DNA from: Vicinamibacteria bacterium | GTDB taxonomy: Bacteria > Acidobacteriota > Vicinamibacteria > Marinacidobacterales > Marinacidobacteraceae | Assembly (NCBI GenBank): GCA_963555995.3 | Contig: OY821641.1 | Span: forward strand, 288,001-352,000 | DNA length: 64,000 nucleotides | Direction: 5' to 3' | Shown here: one piece after another, positions 55,505 through 64,000 of the stretch | Layout: each line of letters opens with the position of its first letter | Position numbering within the stretch: position 1 is the first letter of the stretch | Position numbers and translations under genes: made by a program | Notes under the pieces: model-generated | Database searches by the model: none | What the model saw: only the letters and a program-made list of their open reading frames with translations | Told to the model about the DNA's origin: nothing

Positions 55505-57668
55505 GCTTCGCGAGCAGCTCCCGGTAGGACGGCTCGTCGCTGTCCATGCCGAAGGGCTGGCGCTCGTTGTAGACGACGTAGATGTCGCTGCCGGGGCGGT
55601 AGTTCCAGCGGAGCTGGACGTTGCCGGAGAAGTTGCCGTCGTCGTCGTTCCACTGGAGCAGTCCCCGGATGAAGGCGTCCGGCGACAGCGCCAGCAGGCC
55701 GCGCAGCACCACCAGGTTGGTGTTGAAGTCACCGTTCTCCTGCGGCAGCCGGACCTCGCTCCGCGAGTAGTTCACCTGGAGCCGCACGCGGGGATGCGGG
55801 CGGACGGCCACGCCCGGCGAGTACACCTGGAGCCGGCCGTCGAAGAAGCCGTTGTTCATGGCGAACAGGTCGAACGACACCCGGCGGCTCTGCGACGTGT
55901 TGGCCATCATCATGAAATCGGTGGTCGTGTACTGCCCCTCCTCGATTACCACCCCGTCGCGCAGTTCGAACGACTCGCTCAGCCCCTCGATGTTCTGCGA
56001 GACGTTGACGAAGAACTGGCTGCCGTCGTCGAAGAGGAAGAACGGACCGAAGCTAGCGTTCTGGGTCTGGATCGAGCCGTCGGGCTCGGTGATGCGGATG
56101 ATGCCCGGCCCCATGAAGATCTGCCGGATCCCGTAGCGGCCGATCCGGGGGCTCCAGAGTCCGTCCAACCGCACCTTCCGGACCCCGGTGCGGGGCACGA
56201 AACCCAGTTCCGAGCGGAACCCCTCGCCGATGTCGGTGTAGGTCGCGAACATGTTCCAGCGGTCGTCGCCCACCTGTCCGGTCACCCCGAAGGCGCTTTC
56301 CCGTCCCCGGGCGCCTGGCGTCGCGCTGCGGGCGGCGAACCCGGTGACGGTGGCGGACTCGTTCGGCGCCCAGGCGAAGTCCGCGGCCCCGACCCGGTGC
56401 GAGTCGCCCCCGATTTCCGTCCGGTCGAGCGCCATTACCCCGATGGAGCTGCGCTCCAGCACGTCCCGCCGGAGCCGCAGGGCCGAAAACCCGGTGGCGG
56501 GCGAGACCCCTTCGAACTCCTGCTGGCGGATGTGGAAGGCCCCCACGTCGGTGGCCCCCAGCTTGCCGGTGACGCGCGCCCCGCCGAGGATGGGGATGAT
56601 CTCCCCGTCCTCGGAGAGCCCGATCCGCCGGCTGAAGAAGAGGAACATCTCCGGCGGCTCGAAGGGCCGGGTCGTCTCGCCGACCTGGAAGAGGCCGGCG
56701 TTTTCCAGGAAGAACTCGCGCTGCTCGGGGAAGAAGAGCTCGAAGCGGGTCAGGTTCACCTGCTGCTCGTCGGCCTCCACCTGGGCGAAGTCGGTGTTCA
56801 GGGTCACGTCGAGGTTCAGGTTCGACCCGAGCGAGACCTTGGCGTCGAGCCCCAGGTCGGTGGTCCCGGCCCGTTCCTCGCCCTCGCCGGTGATCCCGGC
56901 GACCCCGAAGGGCTTCAGCTTGATGCGGCCGCCGGGGTTCGCGTGCTCCATCCCGTGCATCACTCCGTAGGCGGAGACCCGCCACATCGCGTTGAAGCCC
57001 CAGTCCACCGAGATCGGGGCCCAGAAGCTGATCTCGCGGGTGCGCGCCACCTGCCGGCCGAAGTTGACCCCGAACTCGGGCGTCCCGCGCGGAAAGCGGA
57101 GCGTCTCGAACGGGATCACCATCTCGGTCGCCCAGCCGTCCGCGGTCCGCCGCGACCCCACCCGCCAGACGCCGTCCCACTCGTTGTTGATCGCGGCGCC
57201 CTCGTTCTGTACGAGGCCGTCCTGCCGGGTCCCCACCGCGTTCGTGCTGAAGAAGACCGCGCTCCGGTGGTCGTGGTAGGGGTCGAGAACGATGAAGAAG
57301 TTGTCGTCGCTCTCGAGGTTGGCGTCGCGCCGGTACTCGCGGGCGACGATCGCCGCCGGGTCGTCGTCCTCCATGCGGGCAGCGACCAGCAGCGCGTCCC
57401 GGGTGTAGGCCACGTACACCTCGGTGGCGTAGGTGGGTTCGGCGCCATCCACCGGCTCGGTCTGGATGAAGCCGTCGGCGACCGCGGCGAGCGCCCAGAC
57501 CTCCTCGTCGAGCCGGCCGTCCGCTACCGGGAGCTCCTCCACGAGCGGCACGTCGAGCACCTGGTCGTGCGTCTCGTCGTGCACCTCCTGGGACGAGGCG
57601 GGGCCGGCGGCCAGCAGCAGGAGCCCGAGGAGCGTTACTCCTCGAGCGCGAACTCGAAGCACATCCAT
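55479..57668 (-). CDS. Second DUF5916/CBM9-like outer-membrane protein
   Basis: DGRLDE, WATEMVIPF, NTDFAQVEAD, FFPEQREFFLEN, FFSRRIG; start overlaps the ccmB end. Confidence 0.85.
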   Translation of the reverse strand: MDVLRVRARGVTLLGLLLLAAGPASSQEVHDETHDQVLDVPLVEELPVADGRLDEEVWALAAVADGFIQTEPVDGAEPTYATEVYVAYTRDALLVAARMEDDDPAAIVAREYRRDANLESDDNFFIVLDPYHDHRSAVFFSTNAVGTRQDGLVQNEGAAINNEWDGVWRVGSRRTADGWATEMVIPFETLRFPRGTPEFGVNFGRQVARTREISFWAPISVDWGFNAMWRVSAYGVMHGMEHANPGGRIKLKPFGVAGITGEGEERAGTTDLGLDAKVSLGSNLNLDVTLNTDFAQVEADEQQVNLTRFELFFPEQREFFLENAGLFQVGETTRPFEPPEMFLFFSRRIGLSEDGEIIPILGGARVTGKLGATDVGAFHIRQQEFEGVSPATGFSALRLRRDVLERSSIGVMALDRTEIGGDSHRVGAADFAWAPNESATVTGFAARSATPGARGRESAFGVTGQVGDDRWNMFATYTDIGEGFRSELGFVPRTGVRKVRLDGLWSPRIGRYGIRQIFMGPGIIRITEPDGSIQTQNASFGPFFLFDDGSQFFVNVSQNIEGLSESFELRDGVVIEEGQYTTTDFMMMANTSQSRRVSFDLFAMNNGFFDGRLQVYSPGVAVRPHPRVRLQVNYSRSEVRLPQENGDFNTNLVVLRGLLALSPDAFIRGLLQWNDDDGNFSGNVQLRWNYRPGSDIYVVYNERQPFGMDSDEPSYRELLAKLTWYWVPG

Positions 57669-58318
57669 GAGACCGAGACGAAGGCCACCGCGGCCAGTAC
57701 CAGGAAACGCGCGGCCTCCCAGACCGGTTCGCCCGCCATCGCGGCCCGCACCCCCGACACCCCGGCGATCAGCAACGGCGCGGAGAGCGGGAACAGCAGC
57801 AGCGGCAGCAATACCTCGCGCACCGGGGTGGCGGCGCAGATGGCCGCCACCGTGGTGCCGAGGGCCATGAAACCGAGGGAGAAGCACAGGAGGATCGCGC
57901 CGAAGAGCAGCAGACCACCTACGGACTGGCCGCCCAAAAGGTTCGCCCGGAAGAAGAGCTCGTAGAGCAGGACCACCGGAATCTGGACGGCGAGCAGCAG
58001 GAGCGTCCCCGAGGCCAGCTTCCCGAAGTAGATCGCCGACCGGTCCACCGGGCCGAGCATGAGTCCGTGGATCGCCATCGCCTCGGTCTCGGGGGCGAAG
58101 CTCCGGTAGAGCCCCAGGGTCCCGGCGAAGAGGAAGGCCGCCTGGAGCACGCCGGGGGCGAGGTCCCGCCGGTCCGCCGAATCGAGCCCGATGGCGAAGT
58201 GCATGACCAGCAGCACGAGCGCGGCGAAGAGCAGCATCGCCGGGAGCCGCTCGCGGGAGCGGGCCTCGCTCAGCAGGTCCTTCCCGGCGATGGCCGCCGC
58301 GGCCGAGAAGGTGGTCAC
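57635..58318 (-). CDS. ccmB: Heme exporter protein CcmB
   Basis: KDLLSEARSRE, SF..E.E, IYFGK, REVLLPLLLFPL. Confidence 0.9.
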   Translation of the reverse strand: MTTFSAAAAIAGKDLLSEARSRERLPAMLLFAALVLLVMHFAIGLDSADRRDLAPGVLQAAFLFAGTLGLYRSFAPETEAMAIHGLMLGPVDRSAIYFGKLASGTLLLLAVQIPVVLLYELFFRANLLGGQSVGGLLLFGAILLCFSLGFMALGTTVAAICAATPVREVLLPLLLFPLSAPLLIAGVSGVRAAMAGEPVWEAARFLVLAAVAFVSVSWMCFEFALEE

Positions 58319-59031
58319 GAGGCGTCTCCGGCCGGGAGGCCGGCGGCGGCTGTGTCGTAGGTGCGGCGGACGGTTTCGGGGTCGGCGGCCGGATCGTCGA
58401 GGACCACCCGGCCTCGCTGGAGGACCAGCGCCCGGTCGGCGAGTTCGACCGCCCGGCCCACGTCGTGGGTGGCGAAGAGCACCGCCGCGCCGCGCCCGCG
58501 CGCCGCCCGCACCATGCCGGCGAGCCGCTCGCGCGCCGCGCCGTCGAGCCCGGCGAAGGGCTCGTCGAGCAGCAGCAGGTCCGGCTCGTGCAGCAGCGCC
58601 CGCGCGAGCGTCGCCCGCTGCGCCGTTCCCCGCGAGAGGTGCCGCGCCGGGACGCCGGCGACGGCGGCGAGGCCGTGCCGCTCGAGCAGTTCGCCGATGT
58701 CGGTTCGCGCCCCGTGGAGGCGCCGGTGGAAGCGCAGGTTCTCGGCGACGGTGAGTTCCGGGTAGAGGAGTGACTGGTGGGAGGCGAAGCCGATCCAGCC
58801 GCGCGCCGCCGGAACGGCCTGCTTCAGTTCCACCCCCCGGTAGCGGAGCGCGCCGGACGACGGCCGGGCGAGGGTGGCGGCCATCCGGATCAGGGTCGTC
58901 TTCCCCGCGCCGTTCGGGCCGAGCAGGCCGACGATCTCGCCGGCGGGCACCGTGAGGCTCACCTCGTCCACCACCGGGACCTCCCGGTAGCGCCGGGTGA
59001 CGCGCTCGGCCTCGAACAGCGGGGTGGTCAC
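58315..59031 (-). CDS. ccmA: Heme ABC exporter ATP-binding protein CcmA
   Basis: GPNGAGKTT, LTVAENL, LSRG..QR, LLLDEP; GTGA overlap with ccmB. Confidence 0.88.
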   Translation of the reverse strand: MTTPLFEAERVTRRYREVPVVDEVSLTVPAGEIVGLLGPNGAGKTTLIRMAATLARPSSGALRYRGVELKQAVPAARGWIGFASHQSLLYPELTVAENLRFHRRLHGARTDIGELLERHGLAAVAGVPARHLSRGTAQRATLARALLHEPDLLLLDEPFAGLDGAARERLAGMVRAARGRGAAVLFATHDVGRAVELADRALVLQRGRVVLDDPAADPETVRRTYDTAAAGLPAGDAS

Positions 59032-59078
59032 TCTGCAGCCGGTGGCGCCCCGCCGCTCATCAAAATGGCGCAAACGGT

Positions 59079-59135
59079 TTGGAACGCCGGCTTCAGCCGG
59101 CACAGCGGGCCGAAGGCCCGCCGGCTGAAGCCGGC
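59079..59135. repeat. Short REP doublet (family B core) with a cGAAg hairpin spacer
   Basis: TTGGAACGCCGGCTTCAGCCGGCACA-GCGGGCCGAAGGCCCGC-CGGCTGAAGCCGGC. Confidence 0.8.
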
Positions 59136-59185
59136 CCAGTTGCTGTGAAAATGCCGTCTCGCCAAGACGTCAGTTAGCGCAAGTT

Positions 59186-59428
59186 GCGCCGCCGGCTGGG
59201 AGCGCCGGTCTTCAGACCGGCACGCGCTGCGCCAGAGCGCAGCGCACCGCACGACGCTGACCTGCGCGGTGGCGTCCTGCTTTCGATGCATCAACGCGAA
59301 CGGTGACACGACATCGGCGGGCCTTCGGCCCGCGGTGCCGGTCTGAAGACCGGCGCTCCCAGCTGTCTCCACCGTTTTCATGCCCGGCGGGGTGTGCAGG
59401 AGGACCGATCGTGGGGGTTGCTGTGAAA
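59186..59428. mobile_element. REPIN-like element (family C)
   Basis: GCTGGGAGCGCCGGTCTTCAGACCGGCAC ... GTGCCGGTCTGAAGACCGGCGCTCCCAGC; homologous to 43030-43260. Confidence 0.85.
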
Positions 59429-59458
59429 GTGCAGCCGTGCGGGTTGGCCAACGGCCGC

Positions 59459-59640
59459 GATGGCGCCGCCGGCTTGGAACGCCGGCTTCAGCCGGCACAG
59501 CGGCCCGCAGGCGGTTTGTCGCTATCCCGGGTGCATTGGCGTGCGCAGCCGAGCCATCCCGGCGCATGAGGTCCGTCTCGCCGCCCGCCTGCGGCGGGCT
59601 GTGCCGGCTGAAGCCGGCGTTCCAAGCCGGCGGCGCCATC
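59459..59640. mobile_element. REPIN-like element (family B) with perfect 43-bp terminal inverted repeats
   Basis: 59459-59501 is the exact reverse complement of 59598-59640; spacer homologous to that of 23142-23329. Confidence 0.9.
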
Positions 59641-59645
59641 ACACG

Positions 59646-60731
59646 CTACCGTCCTCCGCCGAAGGCGCGGTGCAGCAGCCCGAACCCCAGCGCGGCGGCC
59701 ATCAGCAGCGCGAGCGCCCACTTGGAGGCGATCGTCGGGTCCGGGAGCCGGCCGATGGTGCCGACGGCGGACCTTTCCTCTTCCGACGGGGCCACGAGGC
59801 CGGGGAGCTGGCGGCCTCCCGGGGTCGTCGCCGCCGGGGGCGGCGTGCCGCCGCTGAAGATCATTCCCACCGGCTCCCCGGCGGCAATGTCGAACTTGCG
59901 CGCCGCGGTGAGGCGGGCCTCCTGGTCGGCGCCCAGGATCTCCCAGCCCGGGGGCGCGCCGGGCGGCAGTTCGAGGGCGATGTCGAGCGGGGAGGCGAGG
60001 AGCAGCACTTCGGGGCTCGCGCGGGGCGCGACGAGCCGGGCCTCGTAGCGTTCCCCTTCGTAGGCGACCGCGTAGGAGAGGACGATCTCGGTCTCGCCGG
60101 GCTTGAAGGCGGTGCGGATGGCGTAGTCGCCCTCGTCGCCGACCGCGAAACTGCTCTGCGGCACCGGCATCCCGGTCTCCCCGGTGGAGCTGACGGTGGG
60201 GAGTTCGAGCAGCAGGTCCTCCGGCGGCAGCCGGAAGCGCAGGGTCTCGTCGTCGTGGATGAAGGTGCGGGGCGGCGCGGTGCGGTTGACCACCACGAAG
60301 ATGTGGTCCACCCGGAGCGCGTCCCGCTCGCCTGGCATCCGCCGGTAGAGCGCCCGCCAGGTCGAGAGGCCGATCTCGGGCTCGTTCCACTCCGCGAAGG
60401 GGTCGTAAACGACGATCGCGGCTTCGGTCGTCTCGCCGGGGGTGAGACGGACCGGGGCGTTGTAGTTGACGCCGCGGTAGGTGGCCTGGAGCAGGAAGGG
60501 GCGGATGCCGCCCGCGGCGGCGGGTTCGTCCGGAGCCTCGAGGGTCACCTGGGCCTCGGGGTTCTCGACCTGGTCCATCGGCTCCATCCCCTCGCCGAGG
60601 CGGTAGAGGGTGACGAGGTCCGCGGACGCCGGGCCCTGGGTGGTCCCGTTCACGATGGTGACGCGGACGGGCTGGGCGGCGGCCGCGAGGGGGAGAAGGA
60701 GGGCGGCGAGGAGGAGCAGGGTACGGTTCAC
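59646..60731 (-). CDS. Uncharacterised exported, C-terminally anchored protein in the ccm operon
   Basis: Signal peptide, VTIVNGTT, LQATYRGVNY, C-terminal TM helix; GTGA overlap. Confidence 0.75.
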   Translation of the reverse strand: MNRTLLLLAALLLPLAAAAQPVRVTIVNGTTQGPASADLVTLYRLGEGMEPMDQVENPEAQVTLEAPDEPAAAGGIRPFLLQATYRGVNYNAPVRLTPGETTEAAIVVYDPFAEWNEPEIGLSTWRALYRRMPGERDALRVDHIFVVVNRTAPPRTFIHDDETLRFRLPPEDLLLELPTVSSTGETGMPVPQSSFAVGDEGDYAIRTAFKPGETEIVLSYAVAYEGERYEARLVAPRASPEVLLLASPLDIALELPPGAPPGWEILGADQEARLTAARKFDIAAGEPVGMIFSGGTPPPAATTPGGRQLPGLVAPSEEERSAVGTIGRLPDPTIASKWALALLMAAALGFGLLHRAFGGGR

Positions 60732-61093
60732 GTCTGCGTTCGTCCTCGTTCGGGCTGCTTCCTCTTGCTGGCGTCGGGCGTTTCGCCCCGCGGCGCGGGG
60801 CGATGCCGGTCTGGAGACCGGCGCTCCAACGCATCCAACCGGGCCGTCACTTGGGCGGCCTGGCCAAGCACCTCGGCGCGACTCGCCGCGTGCTCCTCGG
60901 GGGCGATCTTCCCGGCGTCCCTCTCGAAGTCGAGCTCGGCGAGGGTCAGCAGGAGCTGTTCGCGCTTTTCCTGAAGGCGGAGCACGGTACGGTCGGTCTC
61001 GCGGCGTGGCGCGACCTCCGGTCCGGAGAACACCGGCTGGAGCACGAACGCCGTGGCGGCGGCGGCCAGCACCGCGAGCAGGATCAGGGTCAC
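60728..61093 (-). CDS. Short CcmI-N-terminus-like protein with REP-derived C-terminus
   Basis: TM helix plus LAELDFERDAGKI..EEH motif; lies downstream of ccmH. Confidence 0.65.
   Translation of the reverse strand: MTLILLAVLAAAATAFVLQPVFSGPEVAPRRETDRTVLRLQEKREQLLLTLAELDFERDAGKIAPEEHAASRAEVLGQAAQVTARLDALERRSPDRHRPAPRGETPDASKRKQPERGRTQT
60783..60829 (-). repeat. REP copy inside a coding sequence
   Basis: ATGCCGGTCTGGAGACCGGCGCTCCAA read as LERRSPDRH, with an adjacent TCGCCCCGC/GCGGGGCGA hairpin. Confidence 0.85.
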
Positions 61094-61111
61094 GCGGTGG
61101 GCGGTCGGGCG

Positions 61112-61597
61112 TCAGCGAATCTGCTCGACGTCGCGCTCGATGCGGGCGAGCACCTCGGGCGAGACCTCGTCGGCGGGGACGGCGGCGGCCGCTCCCGCCG
61201 GGACGGCGTTCCGCCAGCGGCGCAGCATGACGATCGCGAGCACCGCCCCGCCCAGCAGGAACACCCCCGGGAGGATCCATGCCGACAGGTGGAAGCCGCT
61301 GGTGGGCGGCGCCGAGAGGATCACCAGGCCGTAGCGCTCCGCGAACCGGGAGATGATGTCCTCGGCGGCTTCCCCGGCCTGGAGCCGCTCGGCGACCTCC
61401 TCCCGGATGGGCTCCGAGGAGGGGCACCGGTCCATCGCGCACTCGCCGACGATCGCGTTGCAGCCGCCGCACTGGCAGGTGAGGGCGTGGGTCACCCGCT
61501 GGTAGTCGGCCGAGTTGTAGCGCTCCTGGGAGACGACCGGGCCGGCGAGGAGCGCGGCGGCGGCGGCCGCGGCGAGCAGGGAGCGGGCGAAACGCAT
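61112..61597 (-). CDS. ccmH: Cytochrome c biogenesis protein CcmH/CcmL
   Basis: LTCQCGGC, IREEV, F.ERYG.VILSAPP, AWILP; follows ccmF. Confidence 0.85.
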   Translation of the reverse strand: MRFARSLLAAAAAAALLAGPVVSQERYNSADYQRVTHALTCQCGGCNAIVGECAMDRCPSSEPIREEVAERLQAGEAAEDIISRFAERYGLVILSAPPTSGFHLSAWILPGVFLLGGAVLAIVMLRRWRNAVPAGAAAAVPADEVSPEVLARIERDVEQIR

Positions 61598-63606
61598 CAG
61601 ACGGCCTCCATGGCGGCGCCGCTCGGGGCCGTGGTGGCGGCCGCCCGGCGGACCGGGGAGCGGTTCGGGAGCAGGGTGAGCACGGTGCCGAGGAACATCA
61701 CCAGCGCCCCGATCCAGACCCAGCGCACCAGCGGGTTGCGGTAGACGTGGACGGTGGCCCGCCCGTCGTCGGTCATGCCCGAGAAGACGAGGTAGATGTC
61801 TTCCTGGAAGGTGGCGTGGCGGCGCACCTCGGAGGTGGCCTGCCCGGTGGCCTTGTCGAGCTGGCGGCGGGGCTGGAAGATGCCGACGGGCTCGTCGTTC
61901 TTCGAGAGGAGGAGCTGCGCGCCGAGCCAGTTGTAGACCGGCGTCTCACCTCCCGGAAGGTCCTGGAGGGTCACCTTCCAGGGTCCGATGCCGGTGCTCT
62001 CGCCGCGGTTCAGGTCGGCGATCACGTCCTTGTTGAAGGCGTTGCCGGCGAACCCGATGAAGAGCAGCACGATCCCGAGGTGGACGACGTAGCCGCCGTA
62101 GCGGCGGTTGTTCCGCTGCACGAGGTCCACGAGCGCGGTCGCGTAGCTGCCGCCCCGGTGGGCGCGCCGGGCGCGCACGCCCCGGTGGAACTCGGAGCCG
62201 ATGGTCACCACCACGAAGGCGCTCATCGCGAAGCAGAGGATCGCGTAGGGGTGGCGCATCCCGAAGGCGAAGAGGAGCACGCCGGCGGCGAGTCCGGAGA
62301 GCAGGGGGACGGTGAAGTTCCGCTTGAGGCTGTCCACCGACGAACGCCGCCAGGCGAGGAGCGGCCCCACGCCGGTCATCAGCAGGAGCGCGAGGCCGAG
62401 CGGAACGTTCACCCGGTTGAAGAACGGCGCTCCGACGCTGATCTGCTCGCCCTGCACCGCTTCGGAAAGGACGGGGAAGAGCGTCCCCCAGAGCACCGCG
62501 AAGCAGGCGGCGAGCAGCAGCAGGTTGTTGAACAGGAAGCCCGACTCGCGCGAGACGACCGCTTCCAGCTCGTTTTCGGTGCGGAGGTCCTTGATCCGGG
62601 TGATCAGGAGCGCCGCCGAGAGGATGGCGGCAAAGATGATGAACACCAGGAAGCGCCAGGCGAACTCGGAGGAGGCGAAGGCGTGCACCGAGGAGACGAT
62701 GCCGCTCCGGGTGAGGAAGGTGCCGAAGACGCAGAGCAGGTAGGTCGCGATCACGAGCCCCGCGTTCCAGATCTTCAGCATCCCCTTCCGTTCCTGGATC
62801 ATCACGGAGTGGAGGAAGGCGGTGCCGGTGAGCCAGGGCATGAGCGCGGCGTTCTCGACCGGGTCCCAGCCCCAGTAGCCGCCCCAGCCCAGCTCCACGT
62901 AGGCCCAGCGGCCGCCGAGCAGGATGCCGCTGCCGAGGAAGAACCAGGCGACGAGCGTCCAGCGGCGGGTGTTGTGGATCCAGGCGGCGTCCAGCCGGCG
63001 GGTCCACAGCGCCGCCACGCAGAACGCGAACGGGATCACGAACCCCACGTAGCCGGTGTAGAGGATCGGCGGGTGGATCGCCATGATCGGGTGCTGGAGC
63101 AGCGGGTTCAGCCCGTTCCCGTCGCGGGGGGTGAACGGGATGGGCCCGGCGGCGGTGATCTCGGCGAGTTGCCCGAACGGGTTGCACACCCAGTAGTTCA
63201 TGTAGGCGAAGAACAGGATCACGCCGCCGAGGGTGGCGACCACGTGGGGCATGAGCTCGTCGCGCTTCCGGCCGATGGCGCAGGCCGCCGCGAAGACGAG
63301 CATCAGGAACGTCCAGAAGAGGAGCGATCCGTCGTTCCCGGCCCAGAGCGCCGAGACCTTGTAGTACCAGGGCAGGGCCGCCGCGGAGTAGCTCGCCACG
63401 TACTCGAAGCGGAAGTCGTCCGCGAGGAAGAGGGCAAGGAGCGCCGCCACCGAGAGCGCCGAGAAGCCTGCCGCGGCGATCAGCGCCCGGCGGGCGCTGT
63501 TCACGAGCTGCGAGGACTGCTTGCTGACCCCGAGGAGCGAGGCGATGACGGCGTAGGCGCACATGACCACCACGGCCATCAGCGAGAAGTTGCCGAGGTG
63601 GTGCAC
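61597..63606 (-). CDS. ccmF: Heme lyase CcmF
   Basis: GLNPLLQHP.MAIHPP, WAYVELGWGGYWGWDPVEN, FLTRSG..SSVHAF. Confidence 0.95.
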   Translation of the reverse strand: MHHLGNFSLMAVVVMCAYAVIASLLGVSKQSSQLVNSARRALIAAAGFSALSVAALLALFLADDFRFEYVASYSAAALPWYYKVSALWAGNDGSLLFWTFLMLVFAAACAIGRKRDELMPHVVATLGGVILFFAYMNYWVCNPFGQLAEITAAGPIPFTPRDGNGLNPLLQHPIMAIHPPILYTGYVGFVIPFAFCVAALWTRRLDAAWIHNTRRWTLVAWFFLGSGILLGGRWAYVELGWGGYWGWDPVENAALMPWLTGTAFLHSVMIQERKGMLKIWNAGLVIATYLLCVFGTFLTRSGIVSSVHAFASSEFAWRFLVFIIFAAILSAALLITRIKDLRTENELEAVVSRESGFLFNNLLLLAACFAVLWGTLFPVLSEAVQGEQISVGAPFFNRVNVPLGLALLLMTGVGPLLAWRRSSVDSLKRNFTVPLLSGLAAGVLLFAFGMRHPYAILCFAMSAFVVVTIGSEFHRGVRARRAHRGGSYATALVDLVQRNNRRYGGYVVHLGIVLLFIGFAGNAFNKDVIADLNRGESTGIGPWKVTLQDLPGGETPVYNWLGAQLLLSKNDEPVGIFQPRRQLDKATGQATSEVRRHATFQEDIYLVFSGMTDDGRATVHVYRNPLVRWVWIGALVMFLGTVLTLLPNRSPVRRAAATTAPSGAAMEAV

Positions 63607-63655
63607 TGCTGGTCCTCGACTCCGGTTCCGCGGTCAGCGGCTCACCGGACGGGCT

Positions 63656-64000
63656 CTAGTCGTCCGTCGCCTGCCGTCCCGCGGGCGGCTTCGCGGCGGG
63701 ATCGGTCTTCGTCTCTTCGTAGGCGGCGTCGTACTTGGAGGCGCACTTCGCCTGCACGTGGTTCGCCTCGAAGGAACCGTCCTGGAGGAGGTGTCCCTCG
63801 GCGACCGCCTGCGCCCGGTCCACGAGCGTGTCCGGCAGCGGCTCCCGGCCGGTGTAGAGCACCGCGAGGCGCGAGCCCTCGTGCTCAATCTCGAACCGGA
63901 CCTTGCCCTCGCCCTCGGAGGCGATCGTCCCGGGAACCACGTCCCCGGCGACCCGGACCCGCCGGCCCTCGGCGCGCGGCCCCATCGCCCGCAGTTCGCC
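63656..64000 (-). CDS. ccmE: Heme chaperone CcmE, CxxxY variant (5' end outside the window)
   Basis: VRVAGDV.PG, YTG..PLPDT, AKCASKY; upstream of ccmF. Confidence 0.88.
   Translation of the reverse strand, partial: GELRAMGPRAEGRRVRVAGDVVPGTIASEGEGKVRFEIEHEGSRLAVLYTGREPLPDTLVDRAQAVAEGHLLQDGSFEANHVQAKCASKYDAAYEETKTDPAAKPPAGRQATDD

Overview
GC-rich (about 70% by eye) bacterial chromosomal segment. It is most likely from Acidobacteriota, inferred from the GWxTD-like and DUF5916 proteins and the style of the ccm operon. About 60 CDS are supported, mostly housekeeping and metabolic: a GMC plus Gfo/Idh/MocA oxidoreductase operon, hisN, amidohydrolases, a circularly permuted ATP-grasp/alpha-E/transglutaminase operon, a split System I cytochrome c maturation locus (ccmCD near 26.5 kb; ccmE-F-H-I-like-X-A-B at 57.6-64 kb), heme A and O synthases, a TRAP transporter, an M28/M16/M16 peptidase operon, a HigBA-like TA pair, and two intact plus one remnant AAA+/DUF4143 ATPase genes. 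I saw no rRNA, tRNA, CRISPR array, transposase, integrase or reverse transcriptase. The most notable signals are non-coding. (1) More than 20 copies of a REP-like palindrome family show compensatory stem changes and recurring cGNAg triloops. They occur singly, as REPIN-like doublets, flanking a ydeI-like gene, and read in-frame inside three translationally coupled genes. (2) A separate CTAG-bounded MITE family has 4 copies. (3) Both AAA+/DUF4143 genes sit behind similar AT-rich TCG-centred palindromes overlapping apparently leaderless promoters. (4) An orphan FitA-like antitoxin has a VapC partner reduced to a 17-aa stub that bridges into the TRAP operon. (5) There is a candidate anti-Shine-Dalgarno sRNA at about 390-530. 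All product calls come from motif recognition by eye, with no database searches.
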